64,000 bases of DNA. Origin: a virus. Taxonomy: Duplodnaviria > Caudoviricetes. The stretch's first letter is position 1. Each line of letters begins with the position of its first letter. Shown piece after piece: positions 18,848 through 28,480 of this stretch. Where the stretch lies: IMG/VR virus record IMGVR_UViG_3300035208_002115, one strand, 5' to 3'. The position numbers and the translations under genes are program-made. Under the pieces are notes generated by a model. That model did no database searches, was not told the origin of the DNA, and worked only from the letters and a program-made list of their open reading frames with translations.

Positions 18848-19183
18848 ATGAATTTTATGTATTTTGATAAATATCAAATGGTCTTAGAAAATGCAGATTG
18901 GAGTCTGACGTTTAATGTTGCAGATATATGGCATAAATATTCATCTGGAAACCTTTCATTAACAGACTTTTGTAAATTATACAGGGATTATATTTTAAAG
19001 AAAAAAAATGAGATAGTTAAGCTGTATGGTAATGATGCATGGGTTAAATTGGATGGTGTTATACAAAAATTAGGTAGTGTCACTGATGAAAAAGAATCAC
19101 ATAATATTTTTGATTCTATATATGATTGGGCTGATGCACATGAAGTTTTAATACAGACAAATACAGAACAAGAAGAATTTTAA
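18848..19183 (+). CDS. Hypothetical protein with CTS-like N-terminus (MNFMYFDKYQMVLE)
   Basis: TTAATATATA at 18831-18840 immediately upstream. Confidence 0.65.
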   Translation: MNFMYFDKYQMVLENADWSLTFNVADIWHKYSSGNLSLTDFCKLYRDYILKKKNEIVKLYGNDAWVKLDGVIQKLGSVTDEKESHNIFDSIYDWADAHEVLIQTNTEQEEF

Positions 19184-19199
19184 AAATAAAAATATAAAA

Positions 19200-19595
19200 A
19201 TGAGACATATACAAGATTTCAGAACATTCGAAGATAATAATCATAGTGATTACATAGAACAGGAAATAGTTTTAATCCGCTTTGAAGTAACTGAAGATAA
19301 CCCTATTATAACACCCGTTAAAATAATAAAAAAGTATTCTAATAATGCATATCTTGTTTCTCATAATATTGAAGATAGTAATATAAGAAATTTCCCAGAC
19401 CTTAAAATAAAAGGTAGTGATATAATTTCACCTTATCAACAGATGGATTCACCTATGGATAGTACTTGGGTTACAACAAATCCGAGAATTAATCCAAATG
19501 TTTCAGGTCAAATTGCAGGTGGAAATGGTGCGCCAGTTTCGGATATTACTTTACCACCAGCTAATCAACGTCCATCAAACGATATTTCTATTTAA
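19200..19595 (+). CDS. Hypothetical protein with CTS-like N-terminus (MRHIQDFRTFE)
   Basis: ORF and N-terminal motif. Confidence 0.65.
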   Translation: MRHIQDFRTFEDNNHSDYIEQEIVLIRFEVTEDNPIITPVKIIKKYSNNAYLVSHNIEDSNIRNFPDLKIKGSDIISPYQQMDSPMDSTWVTTNPRINPNVSGQIAGGNGAPVSDITLPPANQRPSNDISI

Positions 19596-19712
19596 TTTCT
19601 TTTGTTCCATATGGATGAATTCTTCTTTATTGATAGAATCATCTAAAATGATATCACGGGGAGTTAGAATTATTATTTGACTTTTTAGTTCACGTTTATT
19701 ATAAATAGTCAT
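19575..19712 (-). CDS. Possible 45-aa protein ending the fibre operon
   Basis: Manual translation MTIYNKRELK...; starts 2 nt after the stop of 19715-20275. Confidence 0.35.
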   Translation of the reverse strand: MTIYNKRELKSQIIILTPRDIILDDSINKEEFIHMEQKKLNRNIV

Positions 19713-19714
19713 TT

Positions 19715-20275
19715 TTATAAGTTTGTTTCTTGTATTAAATTATCACCCTTCGCTAAATAACCACTTCCAGTATACCATGAAACATTATTAATAGTTGCTC
19801 TTGATGTCGTATTATAAGCACCATTCCAGATAACACGAGTTCTAACATCTACTGTGGCATTATAAACAAAATTACTAATAGTAAAAGAAGTATTTGTAGT
19901 TCCAGCAGTCGTTCTCGATGCTATTGTAATCCATGAACCATTATTTATTCTATAATAAACATACGCTGATGATGAACTAATGGTATACAAATATATAGTC
20001 AATGTAACACTCATTGTATTTGGGGAATCGTGGGAACTTCTAAGTATTGATGCATATCTATCCTGTTCCGTAGAATAATTAGTAATAATATATTCACCAC
20101 CATATTCAACCGCACACACATTTTTACTATAAAATTCTGATATATTATGGGGTGCGGTTAATCCGATATCTGTGCTAAGATTAGTTAGACTTGCATCCAT
20201 ATCAGATACAGAACTACGCCAATATTCTGTATTTATAGTACTAATACCAATTTGTCCTGATGCTGGTAATGTCAT
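19715..20275 (-). CDS. Putative tail-fibre tip/adhesin protein
   Basis: N-terminus MTLPASGQIGISTINTE...ISEFYSK resembles small proteins encoded after S74-type fibres; beta-rich C-terminus. Confidence 0.6.
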   Translation of the reverse strand: MTLPASGQIGISTINTEYWRSSVSDMDASLTNLSTDIGLTAPHNISEFYSKNVCAVEYGGEYIITNYSTEQDRYASILRSSHDSPNTMSVTLTIYLYTISSSSAYVYYRINNGSWITIASRTTAGTTNTSFTISNFVYNATVDVRTRVIWNGAYNTTSRATINNVSWYTGSGYLAKGDNLIQETNL

Positions 20276-20290
20276 TTTTAATTATTATTT

Positions 20291-20785
20291 TTAAATATCA
20301 GATATAGTAATTTCTGATGTTGCACAATATGGACTATGTATAGTTAGTTCTTCAAATACTTCATTACCTAGTCCGTCAAGTAATATATCACCTGTTCTAT
20401 GTTCATAAATAACATCACCGTTTTCATCTAATACTATATCACCGTTTTCATCTATTTTTAAAATATCTTGATGATAATAACTATATTTTTTTTCAGTTAA
20501 ACCACTAACAAATATAGACTGTACTTTATTGTGTATAAATGATAAGATATCAGAGCCGTCAGTTGTTCTATTATATGGTAAATCATACACTGGTCTGAAC
20601 ATAAATCCATTAATATCTAAAGAATTTTTTTCTAAATCTTCAATATACTTTGATTTTGATGCATATACAACACCTATAACTCGTATATTATCTGATTTAA
20701 GATTCATATTATATAGCAATCTAAGGTATATTTGTTCTAAAGTAATACCTTTATAATTCATTTGTTTTGTTATTATTAACCCCAT
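20291..20785 (-). CDS. Fibre-associated hypothetical protein
   Basis: Position in fibre operon; DENGD duplication. Confidence 0.65.
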   Translation of the reverse strand: MGLIITKQMNYKGITLEQIYLRLLYNMNLKSDNIRVIGVVYASKSKYIEDLEKNSLDINGFMFRPVYDLPYNRTTDGSDILSFIHNKVQSIFVSGLTEKKYSYYHQDILKIDENGDIVLDENGDVIYEHRTGDILLDGLGNEVFEELTIHSPYCATSEITISDI

Positions 20786-20787
20786 AT

Positions 20788-22638
20788 TTATTTTTTATTT
20801 TTTAAAATATCTATTTCTTCTTTCAATTCTTTTATACTTTTTATCAAAAATGGTATAATTTGTTCATAATTAACAGTTTTATACATTTCATCTTCAGGTT
20901 TTCCCAACAAATTATGTTCTTTAACTATTTCTGGTAAAACTTTTTCAACATCTTGTGCTATTAAACCATAAACAGTTCCTATTGATGATTTCTTAGGGTC
21001 TTTCCATGTAAAAGATACTGGATTTAATTGGTCAATAATTGATAAACCACTGTCAATATTTTTAACATTTTCTTTTAATCTATTATCTGAAGGAACAGTA
21101 CTTGAATATGCAATAATATCACTTTCAGCGTGGAATACCCCTGCACTTGTAAATCTAAAATAATCAGTACTGGATGCAAAAGTTATACCTATATATCCAG
21201 ATGCTGCAAATAAACCATATCCAGTATAACTGGCAAATGAAAAAGATGGTGCTGATGAAGAACCATTAGCCCCTATAAATTTAGTGCTATATGTATTCGA
21301 AAATAATCTTGTACTACTACCCAATGCATATGTATTTGTGCTTTCTGGTGTAATAGTACCGCCTAATGATATTGCATCTAAAGTAGATGTGCCATTTACT
21401 GTTAAGCCAGCAAATGTTGGTGAACTTGATGTTAAAACCGCTTGGTTTAAATAAGTCGCAAATTGATTACCATCCCATAAATCAGCGTCCAGACCAGAAC
21501 TGCTACCATCATTAGCTTCTGTCCATATTTTGTACCAAGAACTTGCTGATGGTGAAGCACCACCACTTATAGTTCTCGTATACAAATACCCAGCATTTGT
21601 GTAATCAGAAATTATCTGTGTACTATAATTATATGTTGATGTGTTAGAAGTATGTGCCATTGTTAAACACCAAAACCAGTTAGCATTGGGTGTCCAAGCA
21701 GCCCCATTAACTTCCCAAAACCCAGATTTATATTGAGGTAATTCTAATAAGTTTTGAGTAGCATTTGCAGTATTACTACCACTACCATTACTACCATATA
21801 TAAATTTAGATGGTGCAACTGATAAGTTATTTATAGAAGTTGATAATGAACTATCGGCTGAACTTACAGTTGAATTAGTTGTAGAAATAGCCGTTGATAA
21901 TGATGTGTCTGCACTGCTTCTTGTTGAGTTTGCAGTAGAAATAGCCGTTGATAGTGATGTATCGACAGAGCCTCTTGTTGAAATTTCACTTGATAAAGCT
22001 GTTGATAGTGAGGTTACACCAGTGACATTGATATTAGCGATAGCAGTACTTAGTGATGTATCACCAGTATCGACATAATTTCTATGAACAATATCATTAC
22101 TACCTGTTATAGCATAAGTAGAATTATATGTCATTTTACCATAAACCGTTCCACCAGATATATTTAAGTAGTAGCCATCTGCGTTCAAGGTTGTCTGATT
22201 TTTCCAAGTACCACCAGTATACACTAATATGTCACCTGCTGATAATGATGTTATCGTGACATCTGTTAATCCAGACAAATAACCACCACTATTAACATTA
22301 ATTGCAGTTGCTAAAGATGAATCTGCCGAACTTCTTGTCGAGTTTGCAGTGGAAATGGCTGTTGATAAAGATGTGTCTGCACCACTCCTTGTTGAGTTTG
22401 CAGTAGATATAGCTGTTGAGAGTGATGTATCAGAAGATGACCTTACTGATTCCTCAGTTGATATTGTAGTTGACAATGTTAATCCAACATAAGATACAAC
22501 CGCACCCTCAGTAGTTAATGCTGTACTATATGTACCAGACCCCTGTGTATCTATTTCACCTTCAAGTCTTATTAAGTCAATCGTTGGGGAAGTATATGTA
22601 TCACCTGATAATTGTATGCTATTGGTTATTAAACCCAT
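20788..22638 (-). CDS. Tail fibre protein with SLST repeats and C-terminal peptidase S74 intramolecular chaperone
   Basis: SDNRLKENV...GLIAQDVE...VNYEQIIPFLIKSIKEL; GLDADLWDG; DTSLSTAIS repeats. Confidence 0.88.
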   Translation of the reverse strand: MGLITNSIQLSGDTYTSPTIDLIRLEGEIDTQGSGTYSTALTTEGAVVSYVGLTLSTTISTEESVRSSSDTSLSTAISTANSTRSGADTSLSTAISTANSTRSSADSSLATAINVNSGGYLSGLTDVTITSLSAGDILVYTGGTWKNQTTLNADGYYLNISGGTVYGKMTYNSTYAITGSNDIVHRNYVDTGDTSLSTAIANINVTGVTSLSTALSSEISTRGSVDTSLSTAISTANSTRSSADTSLSTAISTTNSTVSSADSSLSTSINNLSVAPSKFIYGSNGSGSNTANATQNLLELPQYKSGFWEVNGAAWTPNANWFWCLTMAHTSNTSTYNYSTQIISDYTNAGYLYTRTISGGASPSASSWYKIWTEANDGSSSGLDADLWDGNQFATYLNQAVLTSSSPTFAGLTVNGTSTLDAISLGGTITPESTNTYALGSSTRLFSNTYSTKFIGANGSSSAPSFSFASYTGYGLFAASGYIGITFASSTDYFRFTSAGVFHAESDIIAYSSTVPSDNRLKENVKNIDSGLSIIDQLNPVSFTWKDPKKSSIGTVYGLIAQDVEKVLPEIVKEHNLLGKPEDEMYKTVNYEQIIPFLIKSIKELKEEIDILKNKK

Positions 22639-22659
22639 TTTACATTATTTAATTTTTAG

Positions 22660-22669
22660 TATATATTAA
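22660..22669 (-). promoter_or_regulatory. TTAATATATA putative late promoter
   Basis: 21 nt upstream of fibre start 22638. Confidence 0.55.
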
Positions 22670-22682
22670 AATATAAATTTTG

Positions 22683-23834
22683 TTAATCTACATCTCCATC
22701 GGAATAAAGTCTAATTATACCACCACTGGAATTCCCATTATAGTGATTATATGCACCAAGAATTATTATTTTATTATCACTTTGTATCGACATACCAGTG
22801 GTTTGACCATCAAATCCACTTCCAACATTAAATGTACTATCATATGTACCATCATTATTTAGCCTTGCTATATTATTAATAGGTGTTACATCATAATATG
22901 ATAAAAATCCAGATATAATATATTTGTCGTCATTTTGTTTTACAATATTCCACGCAGTACCATCAAAACTATAACCACTATTAAAACTACTATCAATACT
23001 ACCATCACTGTTTAATCTTTTAATATAATAATTATTATAAATCACCACAATTTTATCATCATTTTGAACCACCATATCTAAAGCTCCATATGTAGAACCT
23101 GTATAAAATGAAGTATCAAAAGTACCATTTGTGTTTAGTCGGGCTAATCCATAACAAGTATATCCACTGTATGTGGAAAATGTGCCACCAACTAATATTT
23201 TACCTGTTGATTGTAGTCCGATTGAAAATACTGTACCATCAAACCCAGTTCCAATAGTAAAACCACTATCGAGACTACCGTCTGTATTTAATCTTACAAA
23301 TCTATTTCGTGTAGTACCACTATATGAGGTAAATTCTCCACCAACTAATATTTTATTATCTGTTTGTAGTTTTATTTCTTCTACTATTGGAAAAGAACCC
23401 CCTGAAAAACCACTATCAATAGTAAAACCACTATCAATACTACCATTTGAATTTAATCTAATTATTCTGTTTCGAGTAGTACCACTATATGAGGTAAATT
23501 CTCCACCAACTAATATCTTACCATCACTTTGAATTTCTAACGCATATGCTGATGGATATGTACCACCTATACCACTACCTATTACAAATGTATCATCTAT
23601 ACCACCATTTGAATTCAATCTTATAATACCATTATAGGTGACACCACTATATTGTGTAAATCCACCAGAAACTATTATTTTATTGTCAGTTTGTAACATA
23701 ACTTTATACGGTGAACCAGTAAATCCATCACCTGAGAAAAATGTGTGGTCTTTTATTTGGATGTATTTTGATAATATTCTTTTATTACTACCACTTAATA
23801 ATCTATTATTATGACTTAATAATATATTACCCAT
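22683..23834 (-). CDS. Delta-60-repeat beta-propeller protein (putative virion adhesin)
   Basis: About 7 repeats of LQxDxKILVGGxF...RLNxxGxxDxxF; near-identical DNA copies 165 nt apart. Confidence 0.85.
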   Translation of the reverse strand: MGNILLSHNNRLLSGSNKRILSKYIQIKDHTFFSGDGFTGSPYKVMLQTDNKIIVSGGFTQYSGVTYNGIIRLNSNGGIDDTFVIGSGIGGTYPSAYALEIQSDGKILVGGEFTSYSGTTRNRIIRLNSNGSIDSGFTIDSGFSGGSFPIVEEIKLQTDNKILVGGEFTSYSGTTRNRFVRLNTDGSLDSGFTIGTGFDGTVFSIGLQSTGKILVGGTFSTYSGYTCYGLARLNTNGTFDTSFYTGSTYGALDMVVQNDDKIVVIYNNYYIKRLNSDGSIDSSFNSGYSFDGTAWNIVKQNDDKYIISGFLSYYDVTPINNIARLNNDGTYDSTFNVGSGFDGQTTGMSIQSDNKIIILGAYNHYNGNSSGGIIRLYSDGDVD

Positions 23835-23836
23835 TA

Positions 23837-26143
23837 TTAAACCATTTTATTTTTATAGGTATACACGCCACTATTACATCTTTGAAATTCTAACTCACCA
23901 TTTATATTTATAAACCATCTCCAAGAATTTTCAGTAAATGGTGTTCCTAAATAATAATAACTTGAAGCGTCTATGATTGTTGAACCTGTTACACTCAGAT
24001 TTGCACCATCAAATTTCAAGTTTGATTCTCCAATTATACCATTTACTGTACCATTAGATGTTAATAATCTATCATCACCATAATTAGTAATATTTGTCCC
24101 GCCAGATATATTATTTATAGCAGTACTCAACGAGGTGTCAGTAGATGTTCGGACAGAAGTTTCTGATGATATAGCTGTTGATAATGAGGTGTCGGCTGAA
24201 CTTCTTGTCGAATTCGATGTCGAAATAGCAGTAGATAATGAAGTGTCAGCAGAGCCTCTTGTTGATAATTCAGTAGAAATCCCAGTACTTAATGATGTAT
24301 CAAATGATGTTCTTGATGAAATTTCAGATGATAAAGCACTTGATATTCCAGTCACTGTTATGTAATCAATATTAGTTAAATGGTAATATTGCCCAGATGT
24401 ACCACCTTGTAATCCAGATAATGTGTTGTGGTCAGTACCAGAACCACTCCCAACAGTTGTTGTAGTAGAAATGTTTATTCTAATTGGTGTGGCAGACAAA
24501 CGACATTTACCTTTAGAACCATATGAGTTTGAAGTTTCCCATGTGAGTTGATATGCTATTATAGATTCAGCAATCGGTAAACCAGTCCAGTCAAAAGTTA
24601 ATGGATTTTCAGCTTGTGCCAGTGCTAACGATGAGAACTGGCCTCGACCTGATACTATTGAAAATCTTGCTGTTAAATTCTGGTCTGTGAATAATAAATA
24701 AGTATTATAAAAATTATTTGCTGAACCAGCCGTCATTGTACCATTATTATCATATTCAACAAAACCAATAGTCGTATATTTAAACGGAACTTCAGAAGGT
24801 TGCCATGTCCAACCAGTAGTACTGGTTCTATAATATATATTGTACGCATTTGTTGTACCATTAGGTCTTGTAAGACCAGAAAGAACTTGTATTAAATCTT
24901 CATCTGCTATTGTTGTTTCACTTACACCTAATGTATTATCTGCGTCAGTAGCTGATTGTACAGTCGGGCCAGTTAATACACCACCACTAACGAATCGTGT
25001 TCCAGATGTTTCATGTAAATACTTATGCATTCTTCTATCTATAAGAACTGAATGTCGTTCTTCAGCCATGTGGTATTTTGGAGTATTTGAATTATTCCAT
25101 CTTATAGTAGCAACTGGTAATTTCAAATCAGTTAAAGTCCACCCTGTTGTTGATTGTATTATAGTTCCATCAGTTGAATCTAATGTAATAAAATATGTAC
25201 CTGTTGCTGGCGGTGTACCTGGTAGCGTGACCGTTTTATTACCACTAATTGTATACTTTAACCCACCTCTATAATATGACCAACCACTACCCGTATCAGC
25301 TAATGTGAATGTGTATGTTGTATCATTAAATGATATTGAAGTTTCATTATTATTTAAAAATCCACAACGATTAATATCAACCCAAGGTTGTAAAGTAGCT
25401 GTTGATAATGATGTATCGGCTGAACCTCTTGTTGATATTTCAGTTGAAATTGTTGTTGTTAAAGATGTGTCGGCTGAACCTCTTGTTGATATTTCAGTTG
25501 AAATTGTTGTTGTTAAAGATGTATCAGCAGAACTTCTTGTAGAGGCTTCACCAGAAATTGCAGTTGATAATGATGTATCGGCTGAACCTCTCGTAGAAGC
25601 TTCAGTTGAAATAGCAGTTGATAACGATGTATCAGCAGTCCCCCTTGTAGAAGTCTCAGTTGAAATTGTTGTTGAAAGCGAAGTTTCAGTAGATATCCTT
25701 GATGATAATGAAGTTGATAATGATGTGTCGGCTGAACCTCTCGTAGAAGCCTCAGTTGAAACGGCTGTTGATAATGAAGTATCTGTTGATATTCTTGTTG
25801 AAATAGCAGTTGATAATGATGTATCGGCTGAACCTCTTGTTGATATTTCAGTTGAAACGGCTGTTGAAAGAGAGGTTTCAGTAGATATCCTTGATGATAA
25901 TGAAGTTGATAATGAAGTGTCGGCTAAACCTCTTGTTGATATTTCAGTTGAAACGGCTGTCGATAATGATGTGTCAGCAGTTGCTCTCGTAGAAGTCTCA
26001 GTTGAAATTGTTGTTGATAATGAAGTATCTGAACTTCCTCTTACAGAAATTTCAGATGAAATTGCTGTTGATAATGATGTGATGCCAGTTACAATCATCC
26101 CTTCAACATAAGCTGCCTCATTTATATATATTGATTTAGGCAT
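23837..26143 (-). CDS. Fibre-like structural protein with long SLST-repeat stalk
   Basis: N-terminal ~250 aa of 14/18-aa repeats; HNTLSGLQGG..GQYYHL; NYGDDRLLTS module. Confidence 0.8.
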   Translation of the reverse strand: MPKSIYINEAAYVEGMIVTGITSLSTAISSEISVRGSSDTSLSTTISTETSTRATADTSLSTAVSTEISTRGLADTSLSTSLSSRISTETSLSTAVSTEISTRGSADTSLSTAISTRISTDTSLSTAVSTEASTRGSADTSLSTSLSSRISTETSLSTTISTETSTRGTADTSLSTAISTEASTRGSADTSLSTAISGEASTRSSADTSLTTTISTEISTRGSADTSLTTTISTEISTRGSADTSLSTATLQPWVDINRCGFLNNNETSISFNDTTYTFTLADTGSGWSYYRGGLKYTISGNKTVTLPGTPPATGTYFITLDSTDGTIIQSTTGWTLTDLKLPVATIRWNNSNTPKYHMAEERHSVLIDRRMHKYLHETSGTRFVSGGVLTGPTVQSATDADNTLGVSETTIADEDLIQVLSGLTRPNGTTNAYNIYYRTSTTGWTWQPSEVPFKYTTIGFVEYDNNGTMTAGSANNFYNTYLLFTDQNLTARFSIVSGRGQFSSLALAQAENPLTFDWTGLPIAESIIAYQLTWETSNSYGSKGKCRLSATPIRINISTTTTVGSGSGTDHNTLSGLQGGTSGQYYHLTNIDYITVTGISSALSSEISSRTSFDTSLSTGISTELSTRGSADTSLSTAISTSNSTRSSADTSLSTAISSETSVRTSTDTSLSTAINNISGGTNITNYGDDRLLTSNGTVNGIIGESNLKFDGANLSVTGSTIIDASSYYYLGTPFTENSWRWFININGELEFQRCNSGVYTYKNKMV
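25390..26085 (-). repeat. In-frame tandem repeats (54/42-nt units) encoding DTSLSTAISTEASTRGSA
   Basis: Repeating GTTGATAATGATGT.TC.GC.GAACCTCTTGT on the plus strand. Confidence 0.9.
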
Positions 26144-26165
26144 TTAAAACATATTATTTTTTATT

Positions 26166-26175
26166 TATATATTAA
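26166..26175 (-). promoter_or_regulatory. TTAATATATA putative late promoter
   Basis: 22 nt upstream of 26143. Confidence 0.55.
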
Positions 26176-26193
26176 TAATCTTTTTTAAATTAG

Positions 26194-28464
26194 TTAATAC
26201 GTTATAATATAATTTATGTATCTTTTAGCGTTATTAGTTGAACTAATTTTTGCATTTTCCATCCAATATATTTTCTCTTTTTGATTCCAAGGGGTATTAG
26301 ACCCAGAGCCTGTATAATCCAGACCATTTGATAAGAAATTGACCTGTGCTTCAGTTAAGTCCCACGCATTACCACCATATGTACCCAAACTACCAAGTTG
26401 TTCTGTTGTACCCGATACAGTGTCACCTATACCTGAAATATTAATAGAAAAATTAACATAAGTGAAATATTTTTTATTAACAAACAAATAATCTATAAAG
26501 GCATTAGAACCAGTCACACCAGTATTACCATTTATATAAAAATTGCTAATACCACTATATAAAGTGACACCCGACAAAGTTCCTTGTATATTACAATTAT
26601 CTACTCTAAAATCGAAAGCTCTGTTTATTAAATTAAAATCCGTATTAATATTCGATGATATTTCTGAATTTGAAGCAATTAAAGTATAAACATTATAATG
26701 TTTTAATGCACCTGATAAGCCAGTATTATCTAAAAATAAATTTGTTGTACCACTAATAATCCATGATGTAGTATCACCAGATAAATTTGGGTTGTTCCTT
26801 ATATCTAAGGATGTAGTAACCCCTGTCCCACCGTACCATGAAGAAATATCACAATTGAGAGAACAATTGCGAATTGCGAAACTCTGAATTTTATGAGCTG
26901 GAAAATTTCCCATATCACTTGATATGGGTGTATATGCTAAATCTAAAGCTTGCATATTTTTATTTATAATGAAATTATCAATATTACCCGTCATACCACT
27001 TAAATAACCTAATGTTAAATAAATTAAATTATTTGTATTGAATACACCTTCATCAAAATCTATATAAATATCATTCATACTTAAATAAAAGTATATTAGA
27101 GATGTTGGTAAAACCGTACCTGTAATATTACCATATAAATTATTATTATATAACTGCAAATTAGTTATTGCTGAATTAAAAGTTAAACCAGATATATAAC
27201 CAGTGATATTTAAATTCCCATAAAGAAATAGTGAGGTGGTAGCCGATGGTATTGTAAAGTCATGTATATTACCTGTTAATTTATTGCTTGATAAATTGAT
27301 GGAGAAACTATTTGGTAATGTTATATTATTAATGTCATCTATTAAATTACCATTATTTGTTAATGAAAAGTATGTAACACCAGTTGGAAATGTGATTCCA
27401 GTCACTGATGTTAAAGAGGTCATATTATTAATATTGAATGAATTTAGATTTGTATTTGAATAATTAAGTGGCACTCGTGTAACTTGATATAAACCTGATA
27501 TTTGGATATCTTTTAATGTATCTGGTAAGACCCAATTAGATAAATCACCACTTATTATACCATTTGATGAATTAGAATCATGTATTAATATTGATGTACA
27601 TTTTGTATCACTAAAATCCCAGTTTGTAAGGTCTCCTGTTATATAATAACCACTTATAAATGTAAAAAGAGTTAACCCAGTACTAAATATCCAGTTTGTC
27701 ACATCACCAGTTATTAGATTGGAAGTAATTGGTTTGTTATAATAGAAATAATTCAATTTTGATACATCAATTGTAGATAAATTACCTGTTACCAAACTAC
27801 TTCCATTCAAAAAAAACGATTCAAGATTTACATTATTAAATAAGTTGTTTATGTTACAGTTCAAAGTATTAACATTATTGAGTGATATTTTTCTTAAATT
27901 GCTAAATGGTATATTAGATACATTACCTGTAACTGGACAAGAATTCAGCGATAAATCTTCTAAATTTACTATATTGTTTATAGTATTTATATTCCCAGTT
28001 ATTGTACTATCATATATGTGAAAATATTTTAATCTACTTGGAAATGTTTTATAACTTATATTATTACTAAATGAACTATGTTGGAATTCTAATGTTTCCA
28101 AGTTCGGGAATTGATTCATAAAATCAAACAAATCACCAGTATCGTAATTACTATCTGATGTTGTTTTAAATGTTATTACAGAATTTAAATTACCAAATGT
28201 GTAAACTTTTTTTGAACTGCTTTCACTGGTAGGTGATATCAATTGGTCAAAGTTTGTAACATTTGATGTATAAACTATTTTCACCATCCCAGTAGGTTTT
28301 TCAAAATAAAATTTAAATGGATTAGTAGCTGTAACACCACTTAGCGTGATTGTATACCTGTAATAATATGATTGGGTTGAAGCCAAATAAGAATTTATTA
28401 CAGTTGATTTAAGTATATACCCATCCTTATTTTTTAATATAGTATCATCCTTATTCTTAATCAT
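26194..28464 (-). CDS. Leucine-rich-repeat protein (putative virion/adhesin)
   Basis: Repeated LxxLxLxxxx[IV]TG[ND][IL]xx units; within fibre operon. Confidence 0.75.
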   Translation of the reverse strand: MIKNKDDTILKNKDGYILKSTVINSYLASTQSYYYRYTITLSGVTATNPFKFYFEKPTGMVKIVYTSNVTNFDQLISPTSESSSKKVYTFGNLNSVITFKTTSDSNYDTGDLFDFMNQFPNLETLEFQHSSFSNNISYKTFPSRLKYFHIYDSTITGNINTINNIVNLEDLSLNSCPVTGNVSNIPFSNLRKISLNNVNTLNCNINNLFNNVNLESFFLNGSSLVTGNLSTIDVSKLNYFYYNKPITSNLITGDVTNWIFSTGLTLFTFISGYYITGDLTNWDFSDTKCTSILIHDSNSSNGIISGDLSNWVLPDTLKDIQISGLYQVTRVPLNYSNTNLNSFNINNMTSLTSVTGITFPTGVTYFSLTNNGNLIDDINNITLPNSFSINLSSNKLTGNIHDFTIPSATTSLFLYGNLNITGYISGLTFNSAITNLQLYNNNLYGNITGTVLPTSLIYFYLSMNDIYIDFDEGVFNTNNLIYLTLGYLSGMTGNIDNFIINKNMQALDLAYTPISSDMGNFPAHKIQSFAIRNCSLNCDISSWYGGTGVTTSLDIRNNPNLSGDTTSWIISGTTNLFLDNTGLSGALKHYNVYTLIASNSEISSNINTDFNLINRAFDFRVDNCNIQGTLSGVTLYSGISNFYINGNTGVTGSNAFIDYLFVNKKYFTYVNFSINISGIGDTVSGTTEQLGSLGTYGGNAWDLTEAQVNFLSNGLDYTGSGSNTPWNQKEKIYWMENAKISSTNNAKRYINYIITY

Positions 28465-28480
28465 AATAATTTATATATTT

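Noticed and set aside
23300-23520. Near-identical repeat pairs (also 63013-63570) as possible DGR template/variable repeats
   Set aside because: Both copies are in frame in the same gene, mismatches are not adenine-specific, and no reverse transcriptase is in the window
25305-26111. Long plus-strand ORFs (also 59011-59931, 59947-60321, 24135-24365, 24840-25274, 23173-23532, 30858-31142, 31458-31649)
   Set aside because: Antisense shadows of Ser/Thr/Gly-rich fibre genes, whose codons rarely give stops on the opposite strand; no independent signals
23837-26143. D-T-S in the repeats as the host Bacteroidota D-(S/T)-x O-glycosylation sequon
   Set aside because: That system acts in the periplasm and these proteins lack signal peptides; the Asp is also explained by the AD..L coiled-coil motif
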